From NCBI GenBank assembly GCA_030693205.1, contig JAUYBG010000010.1:130059-194058 (forward strand): a DNA stretch of 64,000 nt. The letters run 5' to 3'. Positions 9,611 through 19,923 of this stretch are shown here, piece by piece. The stretch's first letter is position 1; the number at the start of each line of letters is the position of its first letter. The translations under genes and the position numbers were made by a program. The DNA is from a bacterium. Lineage in GTDB: Bacteria; Patescibacteriota; Minisyncoccia; JAHIHE01. A model generated the notes under the pieces. The model ran no database searches. It saw only the letters and a program-made list of their open reading frames with translations, and was not told the DNA's origin.

Positions 9611-10157
9611 TCAAAGCAAGTCTATAAGCCGAGTTCTGTCCTCCGCCTTTTGCAAAACGGATGGATAGTAATCTATCTAGCCCCAAAATTGCTCATGGGG
9701 TCAAGCGAGCTACTTTTAATTCGCGCGAAGCGCGAACTTTGCTCTTGCTCCTGACAGGGTTTACCATCGCTTTACCGTTGCCGGTAAGGAAAAAATGTGG
9801 CATTTCTTGCGAAAAACCTCATTTAACTTTTCACCTTTTGCCAATGCCCTGCAACGGAAGCTCCAAGCACCAAATCCCAAATCCCAAACAAATCACAAAT
9901 CTCATTTTCAAAACCAAATTATTTGGAGTTTGAATTTTTGTGCTTTGGAATTTGTTTGAAATTTGAAAATTGGGTTTTGGAATTTCCAGTGCAAGGCACT
10001 GGTTAGTATTGTCTCTGTGGCACTTTCCCTAAGGTTTCCCTTGGTCGACGTTATCGACTGTCATTTTTACATCCGTTAAAAAACGAATGCAGGAGCTCGG
10101 ACTTTCCTCCCCTCATCTTTATAAAAAAGCGAGGGGTAACTATCCAACTTGCTTTAA
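9611..10157 (-). ncRNA. rnpB: RNase P RNA (bacterial type A) with an AT-rich expansion
   Basis: Minus strand shows P4 5' strand GGAGGAAAGTCCGAGCTCC and the GTGCCACAGAGACAATAC motif (E. coli GTGCAACAGAGAGCAAAC). 3' P4 strand ACAGAACTCGGCTTATA. P1 helix formed by AAAGCAAGT (5') and ACTTGCTTT (3'). About 545 nt because of an internal AT-rich low-complexity insertion (plus 9870-9990). Confidence 0.75.
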
Positions 10158-10332
10158 TTGTTGCCACTTTATTTTAACAGAAAATAGACTTTTGTCAATC
10201 CCAGCACCAAATTCCGAAATAAGTATAACGTATAAATTAGTTAAGCATCTCGGTATCGCCTTCGGCTTACTTTATCTTAAAGGCAAGATTATCTAAAGAA
10301 TTGGTGCGGGACAAGCCCTTTTAAATGAGATA

Positions 10333-11742
10333 TTAGAATCCATAGCTTAAAAGCATAACCATTTCCAGGTCGCGGGTCATTTTCTTTGCGGTAACTTTAT
10401 TGAGGCCGACCCCTCCCTGTTCAAAAGGCCTATCAAGCATTTCATAAAAAGATCCTTTGTCAAAATCGCCGATCAATCGATTATATATCGCGGATTCCAT
10501 TCTGATTATTTGCCTATCCGTCAGATCTCCTTTCAAGGGATCAATAAAACTGTATCTTAATTCCGTAATTTGACTCCAAATAGCTTTAAATTCGGGATGT
10601 TCCTGGTTCATGTTTTTTGCTAATAGCCCGTCTCCGGCCCCGCCTCTTCTTCCTTTGATAATAGTTTCGGTCTTGGCTATAACATCTTCAACCACCTTTC
10701 CCAGACGCATCGCGGTCATGCTGTTTAAGCCTGCGCCTCCTCTTTCATAATCCGCATCAAGCTTAAATCTCAACTCTTCCTTATTCATTCTTCCCGACAA
10801 TCGATCATGAACTATATTTTCGATCCTGGCAATTTCATCAACATCATAATCGCTTAATAAATAATTCGCCAAAAGTTTCGACTTAAAAGGAATCAAAAGC
10901 ATATTTAATTGCGTGGAAGACAAGCCGGGAAAAGATCTTTGCAATAACTCAAGCTCTTTGGTGATCTTTTCTTCAAAACCACTGGTCGCTTTTGCGCTTT
11001 CAGCCTGTTTCTCTTCCTTTAACACCATCTGGGGCCTGACTTCTTTATTTACCACTTCTTTCTCAACTCTCCCATCCTTAATATAAAATATGCGATTGGC
11101 ATAAACCAGATGTTCCGGATTATGAGTGACCAAAATCAATGTTTTCTCTTCTTTTTCATTCAATTCTTTCAAAAGCTCCATAACCTTGACGGAAGAAACG
11201 GAATCCAAGTTTCCTACCGGCTCATCGCAAAGCAATATTTTCGGATCATTCACCAAAGACCGGGCAATGCCGATCCTCTGCTGCTGTCCGCCGGAAAGCT
11301 CTGTCGGAATCTTATCGGCATGCTCTAAAATTCCGAATCTCTCTAAAAAACTTTTCGCTCTTTTGACTCTCTCTTCCTTGTGCACACCCATAAAAACTTG
11401 CGGCAAAGTCACGTTATCCAGCACGGAAAGCGAAGGGATCAAATTATAAACCTGAAAAATCATCCCGATCCTGGTCCGGTGGAAAGCCGCTAATTCATCT
11501 TCGTTCATGGTAGAAATGTCCTTATCATCCACAAACACTTTTCCTTCTTTGTTCATTTCCAATCCGGCAATGCTGTTCAAGAGCGTTGATTTTCCGCATC
11601 CCGATGGCCCAAAAAAAATTATATATTCCCTGGGATAGATCTCTATGTTAATATTCTGCAACGCCCAAAACTCATTGGTAGTTTTTTTATTGTAAACTAC
11701 ATTTAAGTTCTCTATTTTGATAACCGGCTTTAGAGTATCCAC
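10333..11742 (-). CDS. ABC transporter ATP-binding protein (MacB/LolD/FtsE-like) with a ~240-aa C-terminal extension containing two tandem ~70-aa repeats
   Basis: Walker A GPSGCGKST, signature LSGGQQQRIGIARSL, Walker B LLCDEPVGNLD. The C-terminal repeats each carry an ERGGAGLNSMTA / EQGGVGLNKVTA motif. No adjacent permease gene. Confidence 0.8.
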   Translation of the reverse strand: MDTLKPVIKIENLNVVYNKKTTNEFWALQNINIEIYPREYIIFFGPSGCGKSTLLNSIAGLEMNKEGKVFVDDKDISTMNEDELAAFHRTRIGMIFQVYNLIPSLSVLDNVTLPQVFMGVHKEERVKRAKSFLERFGILEHADKIPTELSGGQQQRIGIARSLVNDPKILLCDEPVGNLDSVSSVKVMELLKELNEKEEKTLILVTHNPEHLVYANRIFYIKDGRVEKEVVNKEVRPQMVLKEEKQAESAKATSGFEEKITKELELLQRSFPGLSSTQLNMLLIPFKSKLLANYLLSDYDVDEIARIENIVHDRLSGRMNKEELRFKLDADYERGGAGLNSMTAMRLGKVVEDVIAKTETIIKGRRGGAGDGLLAKNMNQEHPEFKAIWSQITELRYSFIDPLKGDLTDRQIIRMESAIYNRLIGDFDKGSFYEMLDRPFEQGGVGLNKVTAKKMTRDLEMVMLLSYGF

Positions 11743-11792
11743 AGTAATAAATACTTGTTAAATGATAAATTCAAAATTTTAAATTTTTCCTT

Positions 11793-13610
11793 TTACTTCG
11801 CTCCCATCTCTTTTTTGGCTCTTTCTATTTCCAATATCTGCTCGGGGTTGGAAGTGATAATTTGATCTTCGGAATATGAAGCGACCACCTTGATCGCGGC
11901 GTGTTTTGTTCCGGCAAAAAATATTCCTTCCCCCACATTGCTTTCCAGCAATAAGAATTTTTCTTCATCCGTCAAATAAAAAGTTTCCTTGATCATATCG
12001 ATGGCGGCCGGGGATTGCCGCATCAGAAGCTGAAGCGAAGAATTGGTCACGATCGGTTTGCCGTATCGCGAGCTCAAAAAATCAGTAATATCCTGGGTAA
12101 TGGTGGTAAGCCCCATATAATATTTTCTGCATCGCTTGGCGATGGCGTACATAAAAGCGGCGGCTTCTTCGTTTTGCATCATAACCCAAGCTTCATCAAC
12201 CACTAAAATCCTCTTTTTCAACTGTCCCCTGATCAGCGTCCAAATATAGTGCAAAATAATATACATCGCCACCGGACGCAATTGCTCTTCCATATCGCGG
12301 ATATTGAATACGACGAAACTTTTGTTTATTTTTATATTCGTCGGCTGATTGACAAATCCGCTAAAAGTCCCTTCCGTGAATTTTTTCAACCGCACAGAAA
12401 GAGATTCCGCTCCCTGCATATTGGCAAGAATTTCCCCCAGATCGCTCATAGTCGGAGGAATAGCTGTGGCAAAATCGGAGGTTGGAGTAATATCTTTTAT
12501 CGCGTAAGTTTCGCTGATGGCGCGATCCAAAATCGCATCCTCCTCGGGCGTCAGGGCGCCGAACATTACCTTCAGCAATCCCGATATATGAATAATGTTT
12601 GTTTTTAAAACATCGGCGGGAGATTCGTCTTCCAGAGGAACAGGCAGGTCAAAAGGATTAATATGATGATCGCTGGTCAAAGAAATCCGCAAAAATGCCC
12701 CGTTAACGGTTTCCGCCAAATACTTGTATTCATTTTCCGGATCGATCACCAACACATCAATACCGAACATCAAAGTCCTTAAAATTTCAAGTTTGATCGC
12801 GTAGCTCTTACCGGCGCCGGATTTGGCGAACACCACCATATTGGCGTTTTCCATCGAGAACCGGTCAAAAAGAATCAAGCTGTTGTTATGCCGATTTATG
12901 CCATAAAGAATGCCTCTGTTTGAAGTCACATCGCTCGACACAAAAGGAAAGATCGTCGAAAGCGGGCTGGTATTCATATTGCTGCCGATGGACAATTTGT
13001 CCTGGGCTAAAGGTATCGTGGAAGCAAAAGCGTCTTCCATCTGGAAAACCGCTGGTTTCGCGTAAACCAGTTGCGCCTCAAACATTCCTTCCACCTCGCG
13101 CCCCATTTTATCCAATTCTTCTTTGGTATCCGCGTAAAAAGTGATATAAATCCCCAGCCGGAAAAATTTTTCCGATCCTTGCTGTAAATTATCGCGGAGG
13201 CTCTCCGCGTCCGCCAAAGCGGTTTCCAGCATCGGATCGCGGACTTTTCCCGCTTCTTCTTCCATCCTGATACGGGATGTGACCTGAGTGACGACTTTCA
13301 AAAGACTTTTTAAAACCGTAACGCTATCCACCGGATGGATGAAAAGCGCGACATCGAAGGTAATATCATAATTTATCACGGGTGAAAACCAATTCGTCTG
13401 CAAATACCGCGGATAAGTATGGATAAAATAAGTGGCGGCCATTTTCTTGCCGATAATCAGATAATCCGACATGATCTTGTATGCTGACGGGGCGATCAGA
13501 TCTTTCACGGTTGATACTCCGCGCTGATAGTTTTTTTCCTGTTCCATCAGATCCTTGATCGCAAGGTCTTGAGACGCCGGTTTTTTAAAAATTTTGTCGA
13601 GAAATGACAT
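11793..13610 (-). CDS. VirB4/TrbE/CagE-family conjugal ATPase (Gram-positive-type, ~600 aa)
   Basis: Walker A FAKSGAGKSY, Walker B VLVIDPENEY. The N-terminal domain resembles the VirB4 N-domain. Confidence 0.8.
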   Translation of the reverse strand: MSFLDKIFKKPASQDLAIKDLMEQEKNYQRGVSTVKDLIAPSAYKIMSDYLIIGKKMAATYFIHTYPRYLQTNWFSPVINYDITFDVALFIHPVDSVTVLKSLLKVVTQVTSRIRMEEEAGKVRDPMLETALADAESLRDNLQQGSEKFFRLGIYITFYADTKEELDKMGREVEGMFEAQLVYAKPAVFQMEDAFASTIPLAQDKLSIGSNMNTSPLSTIFPFVSSDVTSNRGILYGINRHNNSLILFDRFSMENANMVVFAKSGAGKSYAIKLEILRTLMFGIDVLVIDPENEYKYLAETVNGAFLRISLTSDHHINPFDLPVPLEDESPADVLKTNIIHISGLLKVMFGALTPEEDAILDRAISETYAIKDITPTSDFATAIPPTMSDLGEILANMQGAESLSVRLKKFTEGTFSGFVNQPTNIKINKSFVVFNIRDMEEQLRPVAMYIILHYIWTLIRGQLKKRILVVDEAWVMMQNEEAAAFMYAIAKRCRKYYMGLTTITQDITDFLSSRYGKPIVTNSSLQLLMRQSPAAIDMIKETFYLTDEEKFLLLESNVGEGIFFAGTKHAAIKVVASYSEDQIITSNPEQILEIERAKKEMGAK

Positions 13611-13656
13611 AACATTATAATGATAAAAATAAATTCAAAAATTTACTTGGCAAAAT

Positions 13657-14352
13657 TTACATCGCCACATCCAATTGTTCTATCGCTGTCAATCCGCCAT
13701 GCTCGGAAATTTCCGGATTATAGATCGTATAGAATAATTCGATCAGCTCTTGAGTGTTAAGCGTGGTCATTTTCACTCCTACGCCTGATAAACCGCTGGC
13801 TACATGCTGAACTCTTTGCATCAATTGATTCCTGTTCTTGGCAAAATCCTCGGAACGGAACGCGCTGGGCTTTTTCGCGCCTGACTGGGTCAATCCGCTT
13901 AAAAAACTCTTTCCGGCCTGAGCCAGCTCTTCCGACGGAGAATACGGCACCACAATATAAAAAGTTTTATTGACGATGTTGGACATCTCGATCAATTCCT
14001 TGATAAAATTCCGGTACTCGCCGATCTGGACTTTCAATAATTCATTGGATTGCTCTTTCTCGCGGATCGTCAGTGTCTTATAATAATCTTCGATGTTCAG
14101 TTTTCTGGAGCTGACCACTATCTGTATGGAAAAATCCACGGAGTTTAGGAAACCCTGAAAATGATAAATGATAGCGTCCTGTTCTTCCTGGGATTTAAGG
14201 GCGAAATTAATGCTGGAGACCATCAGCACGGCTCGCAAAGCCTGATTTTTTAAAATTATCGTACCTTCCTTGATCTCGCTAATATCAAGATAACGCTGAA
14301 AACTATTGATATTTTTTTGTTTTTCTTCGTTTTCCCTGAAAAACTTATCCAT
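13657..14352 (-). CDS. Hypothetical protein (T4SS-cluster associated)
   Basis: 231-aa ORF with a good coding look. No recognisable motifs. Confidence 0.4.
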   Translation of the reverse strand: MDKFFRENEEKQKNINSFQRYLDISEIKEGTIILKNQALRAVLMVSSINFALKSQEEQDAIIYHFQGFLNSVDFSIQIVVSSRKLNIEDYYKTLTIREKEQSNELLKVQIGEYRNFIKELIEMSNIVNKTFYIVVPYSPSEELAQAGKSFLSGLTQSGAKKPSAFRSEDFAKNRNQLMQRVQHVASGLSGVGVKMTTLNTQELIELFYTIYNPEISEHGGLTAIEQLDVAM

Positions 14353-14545
14353 GGTGTTTTTTTATAATATATTATTTCTGTACATTAAAAACTTTGTTTT
14401 TTAATGTTCGATTTTTTTAAATATCGGATATTTTAATAATTTTTAATTTCGAATTCTGAATTTCGAATCAAATTCGAATTTATTAATTTTGAAACATTCA
14501 ATCATTCAAAATTCACTCAAAATTCAAAATTGGAAATTCAAAATT

Positions 14546-14983
14546 TTAAACTGATTCCCTTTCTCCTTCCGCCGCTATTGCTTGCTGAGTATCCAGCATC
14601 CACGCCAGTTCCTGGAGCCGATTGCGGGAAATAATTTTATACTCCGCGCTTATATTCTCTTTAAGCGCCTCTTTTTTGATTCCGCGTTTGATCAAAATTC
14701 CTTCCGGTTCTCTTCGCCAAATATATAATTTCGGCTTGAAATTGTAAGTAAAATAATTGGCGATCAAAACATACAACGGCCGGCCATTGGGTTTGTAGAA
14801 GGCAAATAAAATGGCGGCAATAATGGTCGGCAGAGCTATCAATACGGCGATAAAAGCGACGAATATCAGCGAGGACATAAAAATAATCATCGCGCCCAAT
14901 CCAAGAATGACAGTCTGCTTGACTGTCAGCGGTCCAACTACCGTGTCTTCAACATCAATAAATTGCGGAACAGGATATTGCAT
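14546..14983 (-). CDS. PrgI/VirB3-like small membrane protein
   Basis: N-terminal MQYPVPQFIDVEDTVVGPLTVKQ followed by two TM helices. This is the PrgI-family pattern, and it sits upstream of VirB4 as in Gram-positive T4SS. Confidence 0.55.
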   Translation of the reverse strand: MQYPVPQFIDVEDTVVGPLTVKQTVILGLGAMIIFMSSLIFVAFIAVLIALPTIIAAILFAFYKPNGRPLYVLIANYFTYNFKPKLYIWRREPEGILIKRGIKKEALKENISAEYKIISRNRLQELAWMLDTQQAIAAEGERESV

Positions 14984-15091
14984 AGTTTTAAACGAAGTTT
15001 AAAATAAATTTTTAATTTCGAATTTTTAATTTCGAATGAATGACTTAATTTTGAAACATTAAAACATTCAAAATTCAAAATTGGAAATTTG

Positions 15092-15715
15092 TCATTCTAT
15101 TACGGGTTCTCTCTTCAGCCATTCATATAATTTCAACAGTTTTCTCAAAGTATCCGCCTGGCTGGTGTTCAAGCGCGCGCTAATCGCGTTTTTTTTCGCG
15201 TAATCGAGCCAGGTAAGGTCTTTCTGGGGCTCGGTGCCATGCGTTCTGTCATAATCCAAAAGCCAATTTTTTATTGTTGGCATCTCGGGATTATTCGCGC
15301 CAGTGACAAATATTTTTCCTCCGCCGATCTGCTCATTGTTTTCATGCAGCGCTTCCATAATCGGCTGATTGACCATTTCAAGCCTTGTTTCTCTGGGAAA
15401 TAATAATTGCCGAGTTTCAATTCTTTCCATTATATTTATTTCCTCTACATTTAGCGCGCCGACAAGAGATTCTTTTATAAATCTAGTCATTTCAGTATCT
15501 TTCAAAAAAGGCAATCTTACCAGTTTTAAACAAATCAACAAATTAGAATATTCTTCTATTCCTTGCTCATTATTTTCTGGCAATTCTAACAATTTACTTA
15601 AATTAAAATTAACTTCTTCTGTAATCTCTTCCGCTGAGCTAATATCTAAATCATCAACCGCCTGCTTAACCTTTTGTTTAATTTGTTCAATTTTATTAGT
15701 TTCTTTTTGTTCCAT
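15092..15715 (-). CDS. Hypothetical acidic protein
   Basis: 207-aa ORF in the T4SS-like cluster. Confidence 0.4.
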   Translation of the reverse strand: MEQKETNKIEQIKQKVKQAVDDLDISSAEEITEEVNFNLSKLLELPENNEQGIEEYSNLLICLKLVRLPFLKDTEMTRFIKESLVGALNVEEINIMERIETRQLLFPRETRLEMVNQPIMEALHENNEQIGGGKIFVTGANNPEMPTIKNWLLDYDRTHGTEPQKDLTWLDYAKKNAISARLNTSQADTLRKLLKLYEWLKREPVIE

Positions 15716-15768
15716 ATAAATAATTTTATTCCCAATCTATTTATATATTATTATATTTATTAAACACT

Positions 15769-17859
15769 TTACGGGAAAAAATGAACAATATCTGCATAAA
15801 GACCCGCTTCAGCTGCAGATAAATGTTGAGGGGGAACCAAGGCTGCCAATCTTGTTTCTTTCTTTAGAAGTCCTATTTTCATTTGTTCTGCTTCTTCTGG
15901 TTTTAACTTTTTAATATGACTCTTTGCTTCTACTGTTTGCAAACTTGGAGCCAAAGCCGCTCCCGTTTCATTCCAGTCTCCATTTTCATTAATAAAAGTT
16001 GATGCTCGTAATTCTTTCATTGAGCTCAAAGCATTGCTTCTTCTTACTGATTTAACAATATCCTCCCTATGCCATTCTTCTTGAGTTTTCGTTATACCAT
16101 TTTTTGTAATATCAGGAGCGCTATAATTATAAGTATCCCATTTTTTGCTTCCTTTATCGTAATGACCTAAATCCGCTAATCCCATATTTCCTTTCTTCTT
16201 TTCCAGATCTCCGATATCTTCAAAAAGTTTAGCCGCTTCTTCTGAATTCATATGCGGTATTATATGATCATGAACAAATTTATTATAACCTGCAGCGTCT
16301 GCAGTATATTTATTACCAGTTGATTTATCTGTTTGCGTTGCGGCCATCGCGTATGACTTGCCTTCTACTGCCCCCATTCTTAATAATACCTGCTTATCCG
16401 TAATATTAGTCGCACCTTGAAACATATCAACAATTTCATCCCCATTCGTTGTGGCAAAATCTTTTATTCTTCGTGCTACATCATTTCGATTGGCAATATC
16501 CTTATAATGAGTTTCCTTGCCTCCAAGTCTTTTCGGCGCACGTATATCGCGCATTTGTCCTACCGCTACATCGTAATCATGTTCTTGCTCAGATGTTTTA
16601 GCCTTCCATCCTCGTTTTATTGCTCCAGGCGATAAATACGCCCTTGCTCTGTTGAATTTACCTTTCCACCCACTTCTTTGATCTTGTGCACCTCTCGCCA
16701 ACCACCTATCCGTCGCCCCCCCAGCATAACTCATCGCTCCTTTCCCAATCCTCTCCCCCAACCCCGTCGTATTCTTCATTATCGTATCGGTCCCGGCTAA
16801 ACCCAGCGATTTTGTAATTGGAATTATTGCCAAAAGAAAAACCAAGGGAATTGCATTTTGAATAATTATAATAATAATATCGCTAAACCAGCCAAGATTC
16901 GGATCACCGGCAGAGATCGGCGGAACAACAATCCTTATCCGAGCGAGTTCACCGGAAATATAGAGCATCAAGGCAAAAATCGGGCCAAAAAGCGTATAAC
17001 TCCAAATATTATCCCACCATTTTTTTGATAAATTTTCCATCCCCGGCATCACTTCACCAAAATAGGCAAGTGGCGCGAGAATTAGAAGTATTGCCAATCC
17101 GGCTGTCCTAACTATAAGAAACAATGCCAATGCCAGCAAAATAAAAGCATAAATAAAAGTATAAACCAAAGCAATCCCCGCCCCTATCGCCATCTGCGCT
17201 GTAACTCCTGAAAAACTAAAATAACTGCCTACATTTAAAACGTTGTATTCATTGACAAAATTACCTGCTATCCTCATCAATCCACCCGTAAAATCAGTAA
17301 AACAAGACTCCGGGATAGCGCACATCCATGATAATATCCCGTACATCAGAATATTGCCAAAATCTATGATCACACCGGCGATAACATTGCTGAAATTTAT
17401 CAAAAAAATCGCCAGGATTAGCTTGGGCAAAGATTTTTTAATATTATATCTGTCGCTTTGTACGATTGTCCCAAAAGCCACCAAAAGCATCAGGAGAAGA
17501 AAAAGCAAATTGCAAATATCTCTAATAATTGTCCATCCTTGATATATACCCGGATTGGAAAAAACTTGATTCATAATCGCCGGATTCAAAACAGCATTAA
17601 GAGTATAAGCGGCGATTCCAACTATCACCCAAGCAATCATAAGCAAAACCGAAAAAATTACATATATAATAGGAAAAAGTGTGTGGCCTAAAATAGCATC
17701 TTCCCAACCGGCGTACACCAATCCCTTCGGCAACGCTAAACCGACAACTATCAAAACCGCCAAAACTGAAAAAAGTTTAGTATGTTTTTTTAACTTAAAC
17801 TCCTTAATATTTTTTAAACTAAATTTTTCACGCAATCTTGATAAAAATATTTTTAACAT
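15769..17859 (-). CDS. VirB6/TrbL-like polytopic membrane protein with a C-terminal soluble domain
   Basis: 696 aa. About 8 predicted TM helices in the first 380 aa, then a Lys/Asp-rich hydrophilic tail. Position in the VirB4 cluster. Confidence 0.5.
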   Translation of the reverse strand: MLKIFLSRLREKFSLKNIKEFKLKKHTKLFSVLAVLIVVGLALPKGLVYAGWEDAILGHTLFPIIYVIFSVLLMIAWVIVGIAAYTLNAVLNPAIMNQVFSNPGIYQGWTIIRDICNLLFLLLMLLVAFGTIVQSDRYNIKKSLPKLILAIFLINFSNVIAGVIIDFGNILMYGILSWMCAIPESCFTDFTGGLMRIAGNFVNEYNVLNVGSYFSFSGVTAQMAIGAGIALVYTFIYAFILLALALFLIVRTAGLAILLILAPLAYFGEVMPGMENLSKKWWDNIWSYTLFGPIFALMLYISGELARIRIVVPPISAGDPNLGWFSDIIIIIIQNAIPLVFLLAIIPITKSLGLAGTDTIMKNTTGLGERIGKGAMSYAGGATDRWLARGAQDQRSGWKGKFNRARAYLSPGAIKRGWKAKTSEQEHDYDVAVGQMRDIRAPKRLGGKETHYKDIANRNDVARRIKDFATTNGDEIVDMFQGATNITDKQVLLRMGAVEGKSYAMAATQTDKSTGNKYTADAAGYNKFVHDHIIPHMNSEEAAKLFEDIGDLEKKKGNMGLADLGHYDKGSKKWDTYNYSAPDITKNGITKTQEEWHREDIVKSVRRSNALSSMKELRASTFINENGDWNETGAALAPSLQTVEAKSHIKKLKPEEAEQMKIGLLKKETRLAALVPPQHLSAAEAGLYADIVHFFP

Positions 17860-17992
17860 AAAAAATTATTTTAATGTTTAGTTTTGTGTAGCTAAACAAT
17901 TTTATTTAATTATACCACCATTAAAATTATAACGCAATATAAATTTTAACAAAAAAAGAAGCAATAGAATGATATCTATTGCCATGAATTTT

Positions 17993-18862
17993 TTAAATTA
18001 ATTTATAGCGTGAATGTACTATATTCACGCTACTTATTTCTGTGGTATTACTTAAGCTCTGTTTCGAACTCAAAACTATTGGATACCGCATATACTGCTG
18101 CGGAACATCCTTTATGTATGATGTGGAAATTTTTTCCAGTCCTACATAAAAATACGGATCTTCTACGTCGAAGACCTGCGTCAACCGCAACCAGTTTGTA
18201 CCGAACCACAATTGTTCCGGCGCCATTCCAGTGGGAACCGCCACTGGATAACAGTCCTGATATCTCGGATTACCGTTATAATATATCACCGCGCGATGAT
18301 ATATTGCATCTTTCTCGGAGTAAGTGCATTCCCCTCCAAGGTCTTTAATATACCCTTGCGAATATTCCACAAGATATAAACCTGCGGATATATCCAGTTC
18401 CCTAATCGGATTTGAACCGGGGTTAACTTTCACGCTCCCGATGGTGGTCAGATTAGAGGAACCCGCGATTGTTATCGTGAACGGCCCTGTGCAGACAAGG
18501 CTTTCACCTTGAACTTTACAATTTCCAACAGTAAGGTTTTTCAACTCAGTCGCCCCAAGTACCCTGTCCGGTACCTCCAGAATGCCATTATAGACCATAA
18601 AAAATCCAAGCAGGATTACAATGGTCCATGCGACAATCCCTATAATGCTTATTTTTGGTCTTTTTATCTTACCTCCAAACCATCCTGTCGTTGTCGGAGC
18701 TCCTACCTGTTGTGCTGCTCTTGCCTTTAAAAATTTGTAGATAACAACTAAAACCACAATTACGATTGGTATTAGCGCTATCCACAAAGGCAAACTCATT
18801 AACAAGCTGATGCCTAAAACAAACAGTGTCAAAGGAATTAAATAAACCTTCTTAAAGTCCAT
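17993..18862 (-). CDS. Hypothetical membrane-anchored/secreted protein
   Basis: 289 aa, two N-terminal TM segments followed by a Cys-containing extracellular domain. Confidence 0.45.
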   Translation of the reverse strand: MDFKKVYLIPLTLFVLGISLLMSLPLWIALIPIVIVVLVVIYKFLKARAAQQVGAPTTTGWFGGKIKRPKISIIGIVAWTIVILLGFFMVYNGILEVPDRVLGATELKNLTVGNCKVQGESLVCTGPFTITIAGSSNLTTIGSVKVNPGSNPIRELDISAGLYLVEYSQGYIKDLGGECTYSEKDAIYHRAVIYYNGNPRYQDCYPVAVPTGMAPEQLWFGTNWLRLTQVFDVEDPYFYVGLEKISTSYIKDVPQQYMRYPIVLSSKQSLSNTTEISSVNIVHSRYKLI

Positions 18863-18873
18863 TTCAACCTCCT

Positions 18874-19923
18874 CTATTTTTTATTCTTGTTTTTCGGCTT
18901 TACCCTTGTCTTTTCCTGTTCTGCTTTCACATCTTCAGGCTTTTTTTCAGGTGCTTTTTCAGCTGCTTTATTTTCATTATCGCTTGTCGCATCTTGACCA
19001 ACGCCCATTCCGATTCCGGTCATTACAGGCATAGACATTTTTCCATCGGAGCCCATGGTAATTATCTTAACATTTGCTCCTTTTTGGGCCGCGTCTGCCC
19101 ACTTTTGCGTGGCAAGAAATTCTACCGCTTCCTTACTGGTAAGACCTTGATCTTTTAATTTCTTCATTTGTTCTTCAAAGAAGGATCCTGCGCCTTTTCC
19201 TTTTTGAACTTCCTGAGCAGCTTTCTGAACTTCTACTTGTACCTGGGCTTTTTCAACTTTCTCTTGCAATACAGCAATTTTTTCATTTTGAACTGCTGTA
19301 AATTTTTGCTGAAGTGTCGATAAAATCGAAGTATCAAGCACTTCTACTTCCGGAATTAAAACCTCTTCTAAGTCAACCCCATATTCTGCTAATTTTTTGT
19401 CCCCTTCACGCTGAAGTTGATCAGTTAGGTCTTTTCTTGCCACTACGCCCACTGTTCCTTCTTCCGATTTATCCAGCTCAAGAACTTCTTCTATACTCAA
19501 AGCGGCCAAACGACTTCTCACAAATGCGGTCAAAATTTCTTCCAAACCATAGAAATATTTCTCGTCACTTCTATATCTTACATTAATTGCTTCAAGCTCG
19601 GCGACATAAAAGTCGTGAACGCTTAAATTGTATGTGACTGCATATGCATCCATGATTCTAATTTTAGCAACCACGACCGGCTTAATTTTTACGCCGCTTA
19701 ATAACAAAACCGGTTTGCTTTCATCTCTAAATAAATTAAGAAACTGGGAAGAATCTACTTTTACCCTGCTTACAACCCTAGTTAATCCTGGTATTGTAAT
19801 ATAAGGTCCCGGTTTAGCCAGATCATTGAATTCACCCATGCAGCTAATAACATATTCATATGGTCTTGGTACAAAATGTAATGTCATTATTCCACCACCA
19901 GTGTTGTAATAAACACAGCCCAA
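18874..19923 (-). CDS. SPFH/band-7 domain protein with coiled-coil and Lys-rich C-terminus
   Basis: IPGLTRVVSRVKVDSSQ... core, then a long coiled-coil region. Start is probably the internal Met (MTLHFV). Confidence 0.5.
   Translation of the reverse strand: MGCVYYNTGGGIMTLHFVPRPYEYVISCMGEFNDLAKPGPYITIPGLTRVVSRVKVDSSQFLNLFRDESKPVLLLSGVKIKPVVVAKIRIMDAYAVTYNLSVHDFYVAELEAINVRYRSDEKYFYGLEEILTAFVRSRLAALSIEEVLELDKSEEGTVGVVARKDLTDQLQREGDKKLAEYGVDLEEVLIPEVEVLDTSILSTLQQKFTAVQNEKIAVLQEKVEKAQVQVEVQKAAQEVQKGKGAGSFFEEQMKKLKDQGLTSKEAVEFLATQKWADAAQKGANVKIITMGSDGKMSMPVMTGIGMGVGQDATSDNENKAAEKAPEKKPEDVKAEQEKTRVKPKNKNKK

Noticed and set aside
9661-10296. ORFs 9661-9933 (+) and 10087-10296 (+)
   Set aside because: They overlap the RNase P RNA gene on the opposite strand, and the region shows strong RNase P sequence motifs instead.
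13657-14352. 231-aa ORF considered as a split-off N-terminal domain of VirB4
   Set aside because: The 605-aa VirB4 already contains its own N-terminal VirB4-type domain ahead of the Walker A motif, so the 231-aa protein is a separate hypothetical.
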